Part shown: one piece after another, positions 37,771 to 47,495 of the stretch | How the letters are laid out: every line of letters begins with the position of its first letter | Numbering within the stretch: position 1 is the stretch's first letter | DNA from: Magnetospirillum sp. | Lineage (GTDB): Bacteria > Pseudomonadota > Alphaproteobacteria > CACIAM-22H2 | Length of the DNA: 64,000 nt | Assembly (NCBI GenBank): GCA_027532905.1 | Contig: JAPZUA010000001.1 | Location: 663,950 to 727,949 of the forward strand | Direction of reading: 5' to 3' | Translations under genes and position numbers: made by a program | The notes under the pieces: model-generated | Databases searched by the model: none | Told to the model about the DNA's origin: nothing | What the model saw: the letters and a program-made list of their open reading frames with translations, nothing else

Positions 37771-39819
37771 CTAGCGCAGTGCTGCGGCGATGTTGCCGCC
37801 ATCGACCGTGAGGATGGCGCCCGTCGTCTTCTCGGCCAACGCCAAGAACACGAAGGCCTGTGCCACGTCTTCGGCCGTCACTTCGCGGCCCAGGAGATTG
37901 CCGCCCATGTAGTCGCGCTCGCTCAAGCCCCGCGCTTTCGAGCGGCTGGCGATCATCGCATCGGTCAGCAAACCGGTGCGCACGCGGTCGGCATTGATGC
38001 CGTTCGCGCGAATGCCGAGACTGCCGTAATCGACCGCGTATTGGCGCAGCAAGAACAGCGTCGAAGCCTTCGGCAGACCGTAGGGCCCGAAATCGGGGCC
38101 CGGATTGACCGCCTGCTTCGACACGTTGAACAGCAACGCTCCGCCCGTTCCTTGCGCCTTCATCACGCGCACGGCGTTCTGCGCCACATGCTGGTGCGCG
38201 AAGAAATTGAGCTCGAAACTGTCGCGCAGGACCTTCTCGTCGACCTCGCCGATCTTGCCCTGCCACGCGGCCCCGGCATTCGACACGACGATGTCCACGC
38301 CGCCAAAGCGCGCCACGGCCGCATCGAACGCCGCACGCACGTCGCCGGGCTGGGTCACGTCGCAGGCCAACCCAAGCCCGCCGAATTTGCGCGCAGCTGC
38401 TTGGGCCGAAGCCCCGTCGCGGTCGAGAATCACGATCTCGCAGCCCTCGGCCGCAAACGCCGCCGCACTCGCAAGCCCGATGCCCGACGCCCCGCCGGTG
38501 ACGAGTGCGACATGGCGCTGCAGGCGTTTTTCAGCCGCCTTGCCGAGCTTGGCCTGTTCGAGCGACCAATATTCGACGTCGAACAGATCGGCCTCGCTCA
38601 CGCTTTCGAAGCGGCCGAGCGCTTCGGCATCCGCAATCGTCGCGGCGGCATTCTCGATGAGATCGCCTGCGATCTTCGCGTCTTTGGATGTCGCACCGGC
38701 GCAGAAAGCGCCAATACCGGGGACCAGCACCACGCGCGGGCTCGTATCGAGGATCTTCTTAATGCCGCCCACACGCGCGTTGTGCGTCTCGAAATACGCG
38801 CGATATTCGGCATCGTAGGCGGCCCGCTCGGCGCGCAGATTGCTCGCAAACGCGTCGAGTTCGCCCGCCACGGGGGCCGCGACGACCATCGGCTTGCCCT
38901 TGGTGCGGATCACATGATCGGGCGTGATGACGCCCGAACGCGCATAGCGCTGCACCTCGGCACCGTTGACGAAATTCATCACGGCCGGGCTCTTGCGCAG
39001 ATCGAGCACGAACCGCTTGAAGCGCCCTTCGCCCGACGGCAACGCCAGAACGCCGCGAATGAGCGGTGCTATTTCGGCCGCACTGGCAAGCTTCGCCGGC
39101 AGTGGGCTTGCGGCGAAAACCTTGCGGCCCGCTTTGGCAAGCCTTGCTTCGGCAAGGCTCACAAGCTCGATCATGCGGTCGTAGGACTCTTGCGCCGTTG
39201 CCCCCCACGCGAAGATGCCGTGCTTGTGCAGCACCAGCCCGTCCGCCTTGGGGTGTGCGGCCGCCACTTCGCCCGCGCGCTTGGCAAGATCGAAGCCCGG
39301 CATAACGTAATCGACGATAGGTGCGCGATCGCCATAGACCTCGCGCAGCAGATCCATGCCGTTGGCATGGTCCGACACGCCGAGCACGGCATTGGCATGC
39401 GTGTGGTCGATGAATTTCGCGGGCAGGAACGCATGGAACAGGGTTTCGACCGACGGGTTCGGCGCGTTGGAATCCAGCAGATTGAGGCGCTGGAAATTGA
39501 CCATGTCTTCGTCGGTGAGGCGGTCGAGCTTGGTGAGTTTGCGCAACGGCTCGAGGCGCACGGCCGGCAGGCCCGGCGGCTCGATCGAACCCATGTCCCA
39601 GCCCGAGCCCTTCACGCACAGCACGTCGACTTCCTCGCCGAGCGTGTCTTTGAGGCGCGTTTTGACCGAACTGTTGCCGCCGCCATGCAGCACCAGCTCC
39701 GGCACCTGACCGATCAGGCGCGTGGTGTAGGTCTTCAGCGCAATGTCTTCGTTCCAGCCTTGCGCACCGTATTTGGCGATGGCGGCATTGGCATCGGCTT
39801 GGCTGTAGAGGTTTTTCAT
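37771..39819 (-). CDS. Bifunctional class II aldolase/adducin-domain and short-chain dehydrogenase/reductase fusion protein
   Basis: The N-terminal ~420 aa is class II aldolase-like. The C-terminal ~250 aa is an SDR (TGGASGIGLA Rossmann, NAG, YxxxK as YGLPK). 682 aa, like rhamnulose-1-P aldolase/ADH fusions. Confidence 0.9.
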   Translation of the reverse strand: MKNLYSQADANAAIAKYGAQGWNEDIALKTYTTRLIGQVPELVLHGGGNSSVKTRLKDTLGEEVDVLCVKGSGWDMGSIEPPGLPAVRLEPLRKLTKLDRLTDEDMVNFQRLNLLDSNAPNPSVETLFHAFLPAKFIDHTHANAVLGVSDHANGMDLLREVYGDRAPIVDYVMPGFDLAKRAGEVAAAHPKADGLVLHKHGIFAWGATAQESYDRMIELVSLAEARLAKAGRKVFAASPLPAKLASAAEIAPLIRGVLALPSGEGRFKRFVLDLRKSPAVMNFVNGAEVQRYARSGVITPDHVIRTKGKPMVVAAPVAGELDAFASNLRAERAAYDAEYRAYFETHNARVGGIKKILDTSPRVVLVPGIGAFCAGATSKDAKIAGDLIENAAATIADAEALGRFESVSEADLFDVEYWSLEQAKLGKAAEKRLQRHVALVTGGASGIGLASAAAFAAEGCEIVILDRDGASAQAAARKFGGLGLACDVTQPGDVRAAFDAAVARFGGVDIVVSNAGAAWQGKIGEVDEKVLRDSFELNFFAHQHVAQNAVRVMKAQGTGGALLFNVSKQAVNPGPDFGPYGLPKASTLFLLRQYAVDYGSLGIRANGINADRVRTGLLTDAMIASRSKARGLSERDYMGGNLLGREVTAEDVAQAFVFLALAEKTTGAILTVDGGNIAAALR

Positions 39820-39825
39820 GTGCGC

Positions 39826-40728
39826 TCAGCCCTGCTTCTTGAGAACGCGGCCCGCCACAACGGCGAGCTTTTCGACCATGGCGGGATCGCGGTGGGCCGG
39901 CCCCGTGATGAGGGCGGCTTCGAGCGAGGTGTGGCAGCCCGCATGGCAGGCATCGGTGCGGCTCGTGAGGCGCGGGGCGACGGCCTTCACCAACGCGCGC
40001 GCCTTGTCGGCGTTTTCGAGCAGCACTTTGATGACCGCATCGACCGTGACGTGGTCGTGGTCGGGATGCCAGCAATCGTAGTCGGTGACCATCGCGACGG
40101 TGGCGTAGCAAAGCTCGGCTTCGCGCGCGAGTTTGGCTTCGGGCATGTTCGTCATGCCGATCACCGAACAGCCCCAGCTGCGATAGAGCTCGCTTTCGGC
40201 CTTCGACGAAAATTGCGGGCCTTCCATGACCATGTAGGTGCCGCCGCGCGTGTGCGGCAGGCCGATGGTTTTGGCTGCCGCCTCGAGATGGTCGCCGAGG
40301 CGCGAGCACACCGGATGCGCCATCGACACGTGCGCCACGAGCCCCGTGCCGAAAAAGCTTTTCTGGCGCGCAAACGTGCGGTCGATGAACTGGTCGATGA
40401 TGACAAAATGGCCCGGCGGCAATTCGGCTTTGAGCGAGCCCACCGCCGAAACCGACACGATTTCCGTGACCCCCGCCTGTTTCAGCGCGGAGATATTGGC
40501 GCGGAAATTGAGATCGCTGGGTGCGGTTTTGTGGCCGCGCCCGTGGCGCGGCAAAAACACGATCGGCTGGCCGTCGAGCTCGCCGAACATGAGCTCGTCG
40601 GACGGCTTGCCCCACGGCGTCTCGAACGCCTGCCAGCGGATATTCGCAAGCCCCGGAATGTCGTAGACGCCCGAACCGCCGATGACGCCCAGCTTGGGCG
40701 GCGTGCCGGGAGAAGGATGGGTGCTCAT
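39826..40728 (-). CDS. mtnP: S-methyl-5'-thioadenosine phosphorylase
   Basis: GVIGGSGVYD...PRHGRGH...MTNMPEAKLAREAELCYATVAMVTDYDCW are canonical MTAP motifs. ATGA-coupled to the upstream HTH gene. Confidence 0.9.
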   Translation of the reverse strand: MSTHPSPGTPPKLGVIGGSGVYDIPGLANIRWQAFETPWGKPSDELMFGELDGQPIVFLPRHGRGHKTAPSDLNFRANISALKQAGVTEIVSVSAVGSLKAELPPGHFVIIDQFIDRTFARQKSFFGTGLVAHVSMAHPVCSRLGDHLEAAAKTIGLPHTRGGTYMVMEGPQFSSKAESELYRSWGCSVIGMTNMPEAKLAREAELCYATVAMVTDYDCWHPDHDHVTVDAVIKVLLENADKARALVKAVAPRLTSRTDACHAGCHTSLEAALITGPAHRDPAMVEKLAVVAGRVLKKQG

Positions 40729-41501
40729 CGCGTGCGGGCTCCGGATTCGGGTGGGGGTGGCATGGCGGGTTTGGACGGTGAAGCGGCGTTCCTTTTAGCC
40801 GATTTGGGCGGTTTGGAAATAGGCGACGATGCGTTGCCAAACGCGACCGTCGCCGGTTTATCCGCTTGATTCTTCTCCAATGTCGCCTCGGCGCGCGTTT
40901 GCGTAACATTGGTTTCCGACGGCACTTCGGCGGGCGGATCGAGCGCTTCGTCGAAATAGGGGGCGCTCGGATCGACGGGATCGAGATTCATCTCGGGCGG
41001 CATTGGAGGAAGTTTGCGGCCCGGCAGACCGTGGGCTGCAAGCCCCAGCCGGTCGGCGAGCCACATCGCCACGCGCACATTGCCGCTCAGGACCTCGCGC
41101 TCGAGCAGCATGGCGATCGGCCGGCGCAAAGCCTCGACCTGCGCCCCGCATTCGGCGGCAATGCGCGCGCGTTCCTCGCCCAGGCGCACGCGCATCGCGT
41201 TCGACGAGCGCAGAATGCGCCAAATATGCTGGCGCGAGCAGCCGACGAAGCGGGCAACCTCGATGGTCGGCACGCCGTCGGCAAGCAGGGAAGCCGCCTC
41301 GCCCCAATCGATGCGCCGACGCGGACCCCGCCGCAGACGGCGGTGGGCGGCTTCCGCCGAGGGCCCGTTTGGCGGATCCCGCGGGGCCGTTTCGCTAAAA
41401 TCCGGTTCCGGCAGACCGATTGCGGCGCTGCGCAAGCCGGCACCTTCCGGAACATTAAGCGAATTAGTTTGACGCTCGTGATCATCTCGTATATTTTCCA
41501 T
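40725..41501 (-). CDS. HTH-domain protein (putative transcriptional regulator)
   Basis: Central HTH-like segment (VPTIEVARFVGCSRQHIWRILRS), then a Pro/Ala-rich disordered C-terminus. Start uncertain: ATG 41501 or 41594. The first ~25 codons are AT3-rich. Confidence 0.45.
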   Translation of the reverse strand: MENIRDDHERQTNSLNVPEGAGLRSAAIGLPEPDFSETAPRDPPNGPSAEAAHRRLRRGPRRRIDWGEAASLLADGVPTIEVARFVGCSRQHIWRILRSSNAMRVRLGEERARIAAECGAQVEALRRPIAMLLEREVLSGNVRVAMWLADRLGLAAHGLPGRKLPPMPPEMNLDPVDPSAPYFDEALDPPAEVPSETNVTQTRAEATLEKNQADKPATVAFGNASSPISKPPKSAKRNAASPSKPAMPPPPESGARTR

Positions 41502-41623
41502 TTTACGCTCCAAAGCAGAGTTTACGGATAATAATCCTAACACAGCTGCGCGCTTTTTGCAAGCCCGCTTTGCGCGACGCCTTTCCGGATTCAATGGCGC
41601 GAATTCTGCTCTATCTCTGGCGC

Positions 41624-41902
41624 ATGACCGACAGCAGCCCGCCCCAAACCGCCCCGACCCGAAGCTGGCGCCTGCCCAACCGCGCGCAGACCGTGCTGGT
41701 GCCGTTTTTCCTGGCGGGGTTCATGACGCTGATCGTGTCGTCGATCGCGACCGTGAAGGCCGTGGGCTTCGCCGACGACATCGTGTGGCGCATCGCAGCT
41801 GCTTGGGCGACGAGCTTCGTCGTGGCGTTCCCGTGCGTACTCGTAATCCTGCCGCTCGTGCGCAAACTGGTCGGGCGCCTCGTCGAACCGCCGCCGGGTT
41901 AA
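41624..41902 (+). CDS. DUF2798-family small membrane protein
   Basis: RLPNRAQTVLVPFFLAGFMTLIVSSIATV...WATSFVVAFPCVLVILPLVRKLV is the DUF2798 pattern with two TM helices. Start set at MTDSS (41624). 41594 is also possible. Confidence 0.55.
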   Translation: MTDSSPPQTAPTRSWRLPNRAQTVLVPFFLAGFMTLIVSSIATVKAVGFADDIVWRIAAAWATSFVVAFPCVLVILPLVRKLVGRLVEPPPG

Positions 41903-41960
41903 GCGCACGACACTTAGCAAGAGTGCTAAGTATTTTCTTGCGTCGGCAAAGCCGATGGAT

Positions 41961-41984
41961 ATAGTTAGCGATATGTCTAACTAT
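41961..41984. promoter_or_regulatory. Perfect inverted repeat ATAGTTAG-N8-CTAACTAT overlapping the arsR-like start (candidate autoregulatory operator)
   Basis: 8-bp perfect arms read directly from the sequence. AT-rich in a GC-rich context. ArsR/SmtB repressors typically bind IRs overlapping their own promoter or start. Confidence 0.4.
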
Positions 41985-42314
41985 TCACCCGATCTCTCCC
42001 TGCTCTTCCATGCCCTCGCCGATCCGACGCGGCGCGCGATCCTGGCTCGGCTGGCGCAAGCACCTGCGCGTGTGACGGATCTCGCCGGGCCGACGGGATT
42101 GCGGCTGCCCACAGTGATGCGGCACCTCGCCGTTCTCGAAGCGGCCGGGCTGTTGTCCACGTCGAAGGACGGACGCACGCGCACCTGCGCAATCGTGCCC
42201 GCAGCACTGGCGCCGGCGCAGACATGGCTCGACGAACGCCGCGCCGCTTGGGAAGCGCGGCTCGATCGGCTGGAGGCATTTGTGACGAACGCGGCGAAGG
42301 GATCCGAACAATGA
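41973..42314 (+). CDS. ArsR/SmtB-family transcriptional regulator
   Basis: HALADPTRRAILARLAQAPARVTDLAGPTGLRLPTVMRHLAVLEAAGLL is the winged-HTH of the ArsR family. Start at MSNYSP (41973), or 41955 inside an AT-rich inverted-repeat region. Confidence 0.75.
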   Translation: MSNYSPDLSLLFHALADPTRRAILARLAQAPARVTDLAGPTGLRLPTVMRHLAVLEAAGLLSTSKDGRTRTCAIVPAALAPAQTWLDERRAAWEARLDRLEAFVTNAAKGSEQ

Positions 42315-43210
42315 CGCCAAGCGACGATCGAAACGGCAAAGACCGTTTTGCCACACTGACCTTCGAGCGCGACGTCGCCGTAGCTGCGTCGGCGCTGTGG
42401 GCGGCCTGGACCGCACCGGCCGCGCGCGCGATCTGGGCGGCACCCTCGCCCGCCGTGACCGTGGAATTTCTCGAGACCGCAACCAAAGTCGGCGAGCGCG
42501 AAGTTTCGCTCTGCAAGTCGAAAGGCCATCCCGACATTCGCTGCGAGTGCGGTTGGCTCGTGTTGCAGCCAACGCAGCGCAGCGTGAACTACGAGTTGCT
42601 CTCTTCGGACGGCGTGCCGCAATCGGCAGCGCTCGTGACGGCGGATATCTCGGGCAAAGGCGCCGCCAGTCGGCTCGTCGTGACGGTGCAGCTCTCGGCA
42701 CTGGCCGCCGACATGGCGGACGGTTATCGCCACGGCTTCGGCGCAGGCCTGGCCAATCTCGCTGGCGTGGCTGAGCGCACAATGCTTCTGCAACGCACGA
42801 TCAAGGCGCCGCGCAACAGGGTCTGGGGCGCTTGGATGAACGAACGCACACTGCCGCAATGGTGGGGGCCGGAAGGTTTTTCGTGCCGGACGACGCGGAT
42901 CGATCTGCGCGCGGGCGGGGAATGGGTGTTCGACATGATCGGCCCCGACGGCACGGTCTATCCGAACCATCATCGCTACCACACGGTCCAGCCCGAAGAT
43001 TGGATCGGCTACACGCTGCATTGGGGCGAAAACGGCCCCAAACATGCCGACGCATGGGCTTCGTTCGAAGAAGCGAACGGTGCCACGACCGTGACGCTCG
43101 GCATGGTGTTCAGCACGGCCGCCGAGTTCCAGACGGCGAAGGGCTTCGGTGCCGTGGAACTCGGCCAGGAAACGCTGGGCAAGCTCGAACGCTTCGTCGC
43201 AGCAAGCTGA
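42311..43210 (+). CDS. SRPBCC / AHSA1 (activator of Hsp90 ATPase homolog)-like protein, two domains
   Basis: Two Bet v1-like halves. ATG overlaps the ArsR stop (ATGA). ArsR plus SRPBCC is a common operon. Confidence 0.65.
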   Translation: MTPSDDRNGKDRFATLTFERDVAVAASALWAAWTAPAARAIWAAPSPAVTVEFLETATKVGEREVSLCKSKGHPDIRCECGWLVLQPTQRSVNYELLSSDGVPQSAALVTADISGKGAASRLVVTVQLSALAADMADGYRHGFGAGLANLAGVAERTMLLQRTIKAPRNRVWGAWMNERTLPQWWGPEGFSCRTTRIDLRAGGEWVFDMIGPDGTVYPNHHRYHTVQPEDWIGYTLHWGENGPKHADAWASFEEANGATTVTLGMVFSTAAEFQTAKGFGAVELGQETLGKLERFVAAS

Positions 43211-43246
43211 GAGGTCGCGGCCGCGCAACGCGCGCCCAATAGAAAA

Positions 43247-43273
43247 GGCCGGTCCTGAGGGACCGGCCTTTTT
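43247..43273. terminator. Bidirectional rho-independent terminator between the SRPBCC gene (+) and petC (-)
   Basis: AAAA-GGCCGGTCC-TGA-GGGACCGGCC-TTTTT, a 10-bp stem flanked by A- and T-tracts. Confidence 0.65.
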
Positions 43274-43297
43274 GCGTTGTCTCGATCGCGGAAAACC

Positions 43298-44056
43298 TCA
43301 GTGCAGGTTTTTCCAGATCTTGCGCTTGGTCGCGTAGAGGAGGCCTGTGAAGATGAACAGGAACAGCATCACCTTCACGCCCAGCGAGTTGCGCGCCTCG
43401 AGATGCGGCGAGGCGGCGAAGGCGAGGAACGTCGAGACGTCCTTCGACATCTGCTCGACCGTGGCGGGCGTGCCGTCGGCATACTGCACGCTGTCGGGCT
43501 GGATCGGCTGCGCCATCGCGATCTGATGGCCCGGGAACCATTTGTTGTAGTTCATGCCGTCGGCCAGCTTCACGTCGGCCGGCGGATCGGCATAGCCGGT
43601 CAGCAGCGCGTAGACGTAGTTTTCGCCGCCCAAACGGTTCTTGGCGATCAGCGACAGGTCGAGCGGATAGGCGCCGTTGTTGACCGCGCGTGCGGCCAAC
43701 TCGTTGGCGAAGGGCGACTTGAAACGATCCGAAGCGCGCGACGGGCGCTGGAACATTTCGCCTTCGTCGTTGGGACCGTCGGTCGTTTCGTACTCGGCCG
43801 CGATCGCCGCGATTTCGGCTTCCGAAAGGCCGATGCCGGCCAAGTTGCGGTAGCGCATCTGCTTCATCGCGTGGCAGGCCGAGCAGACTTCCTTGTAGAC
43901 CTGGAAGCCGCGCTGCAGCGACGCGCGGTCGAACGTGCCGAAGAAGCCGTCATGCGCCCATTTCTGCTTGGGCGGCACCAGAACTTCGGCCGCCTGGACG
44001 GGAACCGCAGCGACGGCCAGCACGGCCGCGACGGCGAGGAACTTCACGAAACGCAT
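43298..44056 (-). CDS. petC: Cytochrome c1 of the ubiquinol-cytochrome c reductase
   Basis: Signal peptide, CSACH heme-binding motif, C-terminal TM anchor. 252 aa. The ATG abuts the petB stop (TGATG). Confidence 0.9.
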   Translation of the reverse strand: MRFVKFLAVAAVLAVAAVPVQAAEVLVPPKQKWAHDGFFGTFDRASLQRGFQVYKEVCSACHAMKQMRYRNLAGIGLSEAEIAAIAAEYETTDGPNDEGEMFQRPSRASDRFKSPFANELAARAVNNGAYPLDLSLIAKNRLGGENYVYALLTGYADPPADVKLADGMNYNKWFPGHQIAMAQPIQPDSVQYADGTPATVEQMSKDVSTFLAFAASPHLEARNSLGVKVMLFLFIFTGLLYATKRKIWKNLH

Positions 44057-45321
44057 CAGGCTTTCTCCATCGCAGCAGCCGCCGCCATCTTGCCCCCGCC
44101 CAGCACCGGCTCGGCGATCGAGCTCGGCAAAGGCAGCGGCTTTTCGAACCATCCCAGCAGCGGCAGGAAGACCAGGAAATGCGCGAAATAGAGGATGGTC
44201 GCAATGCGCCCGATCAGCAGTGCGGGGCCTTCGGCCGGCTGCCCGCCGGCCCAGCCCAGCACCAAGCACACGGCGATGAACAGCCAGAAGAACGCACGGA
44301 AGGCCGGACGGAACTTGGCCGAGCGCACGCGGCTCGTGTCGAGCCACGGCATCAGGAACAGGATCGCGATCGAACCGAACATCAGCAAGACGCCGCCGAG
44401 CTTGTCGGGGACGGCACGCAGGATCGCGTAGAACGGCAGGAAGTACCATTCCGGCACGATGTGCGGCGGCGTGACCAGCGGGTTCGCCGGGATCCAGTTG
44501 TCCGGATGGCCCAGCATGTAGGGATTGAAGAACACGAAATAGGCGAACACGATCAGGAACACGCCCAGACCGAGCGCATCCTTGACCGTATAGTACGGGT
44601 GGAACGGGACCTTGTCCTGCGGACCCTTGGCGTCGATGCCGAGCGGGTTGTTCGAGCCGTGCACGTGGAGCGCCCACAAATGCAGCAGCACCACGCCCGC
44701 GATTACGAACGGCATCAGATAGTGCAGCGCGAAGAAACGGTTCAGCGTCGGATTGTCGACCGAGAAGCCGCCCCACAGCCACGTCACGATCGCCTCGCCG
44801 ACGATCGGAATGGCCGAGAACAGATTCGTGATGACGGTGGCCCCCCAGAAGCTCATCTGGCCCCAGGGCAGCACGTAGCCCATGAACGCGGTCGCCATCA
44901 TCAGCAGGAAGATGACGATGCCGAGCCACCACAAGATCTCGCGCGGCGCCTTGTAGGAGCCGTAATAGAAGCCGCGGATGATGTGGATGTAGACCACGAT
45001 GAAGAACATCGAGGCGCCGTTCATGTGGATGTAGCGGATGAGCCAGCCGTAGTTCACGTCGCGCATGATGCGTTCGACCGAGTCGAACGCGTGCAGCGTC
45101 GAGGCCTGGTAGTTCATCGCGAGGAAAATGCCCGACACGATCATGATGACGAGGCAGATGCCCGCCAGCGACCCGAAATTCCACATGTAGTTCAGATTGC
45201 GGGGTGCCGGATACTTGATGAGCTGCTCGTCGATCAGTTCGAAGATCGGCAGGCGGTGGTCCACCCACTTGACGATCGGGTTCGAGCGGAACGGCGACGG
45301 GACGTAGTCGTATTTGGCCAT
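44056..45321 (-). CDS. petB: Cytochrome b of the bc1 complex
   Basis: [26 protein letters not shown]...[13 protein letters not shown] are canonical cytochrome b motifs. 421 aa. Confidence 0.95.
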   Translation of the reverse strand: MAKYDYVPSPFRSNPIVKWVDHRLPIFELIDEQLIKYPAPRNLNYMWNFGSLAGICLVIMIVSGIFLAMNYQASTLHAFDSVERIMRDVNYGWLIRYIHMNGASMFFIVVYIHIIRGFYYGSYKAPREILWWLGIVIFLLMMATAFMGYVLPWGQMSFWGATVITNLFSAIPIVGEAIVTWLWGGFSVDNPTLNRFFALHYLMPFVIAGVVLLHLWALHVHGSNNPLGIDAKGPQDKVPFHPYYTVKDALGLGVFLIVFAYFVFFNPYMLGHPDNWIPANPLVTPPHIVPEWYFLPFYAILRAVPDKLGGVLLMFGSIAILFLMPWLDTSRVRSAKFRPAFRAFFWLFIAVCLVLGWAGGQPAEGPALLIGRIATILYFAHFLVFLPLLGWFEKPLPLPSSIAEPVLGGGKMAAAAAMEKA

Positions 45322-45332
45322 GGCTTGCTGCC

Positions 45333-45902
45333 TCAACCGATCTTGATCGTTTTGTCGTTCGTGAAGGCGTAGGGCGGCACTGCGAGATTGAGCGGTGCCG
45401 GTCCCCTGCGGATGCGGCCCGACGTGTCGTAGTGCGAGCCATGGCACGGGCAGAACCAGCCGCCGTAGTCGCCGCGCGAATCGGTCGGCTTCTGGCCGAG
45501 CGGCACGCAGCCCAGATGCGTGCACACGCCGAGCAGCACCAGCCACTCGGGCTTCTGCACGCGCTTGGCGTCGGGCTGCGGATCGGGAAGGCTGGCCGAG
45601 TCGTCTTCCTTGGCCTTGGCGATCTCGTCGGCGGTGCGATTGCGCACGAACACCGGCTTGCCGCGCCATGTGACCGTGATCGCCATGCCGGGCTGGACCG
45701 CAGCCAGATTGACCTCGGTCGAGGCCAGCGCCAGCACGTCGGCCGACGGGTTCATCGAATCGATGAACGCCCAGCCGGTCAAAGCGGCACCCGTGGCGCC
45801 GAAGGCCGTGGTGGCGAGATAGAGGAAATCGCGTCGCGTCGAGCCGTCGGGATGTTTGCGCGTACCGTCGGCGGAAACTGCGGGGGGACCGGACTGAGCC
45901 AT
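45333..45902 (-). CDS. petA: Ubiquinol-cytochrome c reductase Rieske iron-sulfur subunit
   Basis: Tat signal RRDFLY, Rieske boxes CTHLGC and CPCHGS. 189 aa. Confidence 0.9.
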   Translation of the reverse strand: MAQSGPPAVSADGTRKHPDGSTRRDFLYLATTAFGATGAALTGWAFIDSMNPSADVLALASTEVNLAAVQPGMAITVTWRGKPVFVRNRTADEIAKAKEDDSASLPDPQPDAKRVQKPEWLVLLGVCTHLGCVPLGQKPTDSRGDYGGWFCPCHGSHYDTSGRIRRGPAPLNLAVPPYAFTNDKTIKIG

Positions 45903-46012
45903 CGCGAGGGAACCCTTTTGGTTGATCGGGCGTGCGCGCCGCAAACGGTGCGACACGCGCCCAACAAATATGCTAGTGCGCAAACGCCGTACAGTCCTCT
46001 GTCGCGGCGGCA

Positions 46013-46029
46013 TGCGACGCAATGTCGCA
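46013..46029. promoter_or_regulatory. Palindrome TGCGAC-GCAAT-GTCGCA in the divergent petA / trmL intergenic region
   Basis: Perfect 6-bp arms with a 5-nt spacer, 110 bp upstream of the petA start. Confidence 0.3.
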
Positions 46030-46116
46030 GCCTTCCAAGACCCCACGGCGCCGGGCGGGTATAGTCCAGTTTTCGGCGGATGCAAAGTTCCAAACGCTGT
46101 TTTTTGCGAAGGTCCC

Positions 46117-46623
46117 GTGACGCCAGATTTACCGCCGCTTGGCACCCCGCCGCGACCCCGCGTGCGAATTGCCCTGTTCGAGCCGGATATCGCGCCGAAT
46201 GTCGGTACGATCCTTCGGCTGGCGGCGTGTTTGGGCGTCGGCGTGGACGTGGTCGAGCCGTGCGGCTTCGTGTGGTCCGAGCCCAAATTGCGCCGGGCCG
46301 GGATGGATTATCTCGACCAGGTCGATCTCCAACGCCACACGAGTTGGCAGCGCTACATCGACGCCGCCCGGCCCAAGCGCCTTGTCCTCATGACCACGCG
46401 CGGAGCCACGCGCCTGCCCGAATTCGCGTTCGCAGACGGCGACACGCTGCTGCTCGGCCGCGAGAGTGCGGGCGTGCCCGACGACGTGCACGCGGCGGCC
46501 GACGCGCGGGTCGCCATTCCGCTGATGCCGGGCATGCGTTCGCTCAACGTGGCGGTTGCCGCTGCAATTGCGCTGGGCGAAGCATTGCGGCAACTTGGGG
46601 CCTTTCCGGGGGAGGGGCAATGA
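46117..46623 (+). CDS. trmL: tRNA (cytidine/uridine-2'-O)-methyltransferase TrmL (SpoU family)
   Basis: [24 protein letters not shown]...[18 protein letters not shown] are SPOUT motifs. GTG start proposed at 46117 after a T-rich stretch. Its stop overlaps the hemF ATG. Confidence 0.75.
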   Translation: MTPDLPPLGTPPRPRVRIALFEPDIAPNVGTILRLAACLGVGVDVVEPCGFVWSEPKLRRAGMDYLDQVDLQRHTSWQRYIDAARPKRLVLMTTRGATRLPEFAFADGDTLLLGRESAGVPDDVHAAADARVAIPLMPGMRSLNVAVAAAIALGEALRQLGAFPGEGQ

Positions 46624-47495
46624 CGTCGATCGAAGAAACAGCCGCGCACAAAGCGACGGCGAAAGCGTGGTTCGAAAAACTGCGCGACGATATCTGTGCG
46701 GCGTTCGAAGGGCTCGAAGACGCGCTTGCCTCGGGCCCGCACAAGGATCTGCCGCCGGGCCGCTTCGTGCGCAAATCCTGGCCGCGCCAGGATGCCGACG
46801 GCGCCGACGGCGGCGGGGGCACCATGGCCGTGATGCATGGGCGCGTGTTCGAAAAGGTCGGCGTCAACGTCTCGACCGTGTACGGAAAATTCGCGCCCGA
46901 ATTCGCCAAGCAAATGCCGGGTGCGGCCGAGGATCCGCGCTTCTGGGCGTCCGGCATTTCGCTCGTGGCGCATATGCGCTCGCCCAAAGTACCGGCCGTG
47001 CACATGAACACGCGTCACATCGTGACGACCAAAGCGTGGTTCGGCGGCGGCGGCGACTTGACGCCGATGGTGCCGAACGACGACGACACCAAGAGCTTCC
47101 ACGCCGCCTACAAGGCCGCCTGCGACAAACACGACCCCGACTACTATCCGCGTTTCAAGAAATGGTGCGACGAATACTTCTTCCTGAAGCACCGCAACGA
47201 GCCGCGCGGCGTGGGCGGGATTTTCTACGACAATCTCGACACCGGCGACTGGGCCAAGGACTTCGCCTTCACGCAGGATGTGGGCCGCGCGTTCCTCGCA
47301 GGCTACGTGCCGCTCGTGCAAAAACACATGCACGATGCGTGGACTGAAGCCGACCGCGCGCACCAGCGCGTGCGCCGCGGCCGCTATGTGGAGTTCAACC
47401 TGCTCTACGACCGCGGCACCACTTTCGGCCTCAAGACCGGCGGCAACGTGGAAGCGATCCTGATGAGCCTGCCGCCCGACGTCGCCTGGCCTTAA
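46620..47495 (+). CDS. hemF: Oxygen-dependent coproporphyrinogen-III oxidase
   Basis: [18 protein letters not shown]...GGGDLTP...[12 protein letters not shown] are HemF motifs. 291 aa. Confidence 0.9.
   Translation: MTSIEETAAHKATAKAWFEKLRDDICAAFEGLEDALASGPHKDLPPGRFVRKSWPRQDADGADGGGGTMAVMHGRVFEKVGVNVSTVYGKFAPEFAKQMPGAAEDPRFWASGISLVAHMRSPKVPAVHMNTRHIVTTKAWFGGGGDLTPMVPNDDDTKSFHAAYKAACDKHDPDYYPRFKKWCDEYFFLKHRNEPRGVGGIFYDNLDTGDWAKDFAFTQDVGRAFLAGYVPLVQKHMHDAWTEADRAHQRVRRGRYVEFNLLYDRGTTFGLKTGGNVEAILMSLPPDVAWP

Noticed and set aside
37693-40869. 1058-aa plus-strand ORF
   Set aside because: Antisense to the aldolase::SDR fusion and mtnP genes. No motifs, biased R/G/A/H composition. Shadow ORF.
43298-45442. 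714-aa and 537-aa minus-strand ORFs covering the bc1 region
   Set aside because: These are read-through extensions. The real genes are petC (43298-44056), petB (44056-45321) and petA (45333-45902). The extensions come from upstream out-of-frame sequence lacking stops.
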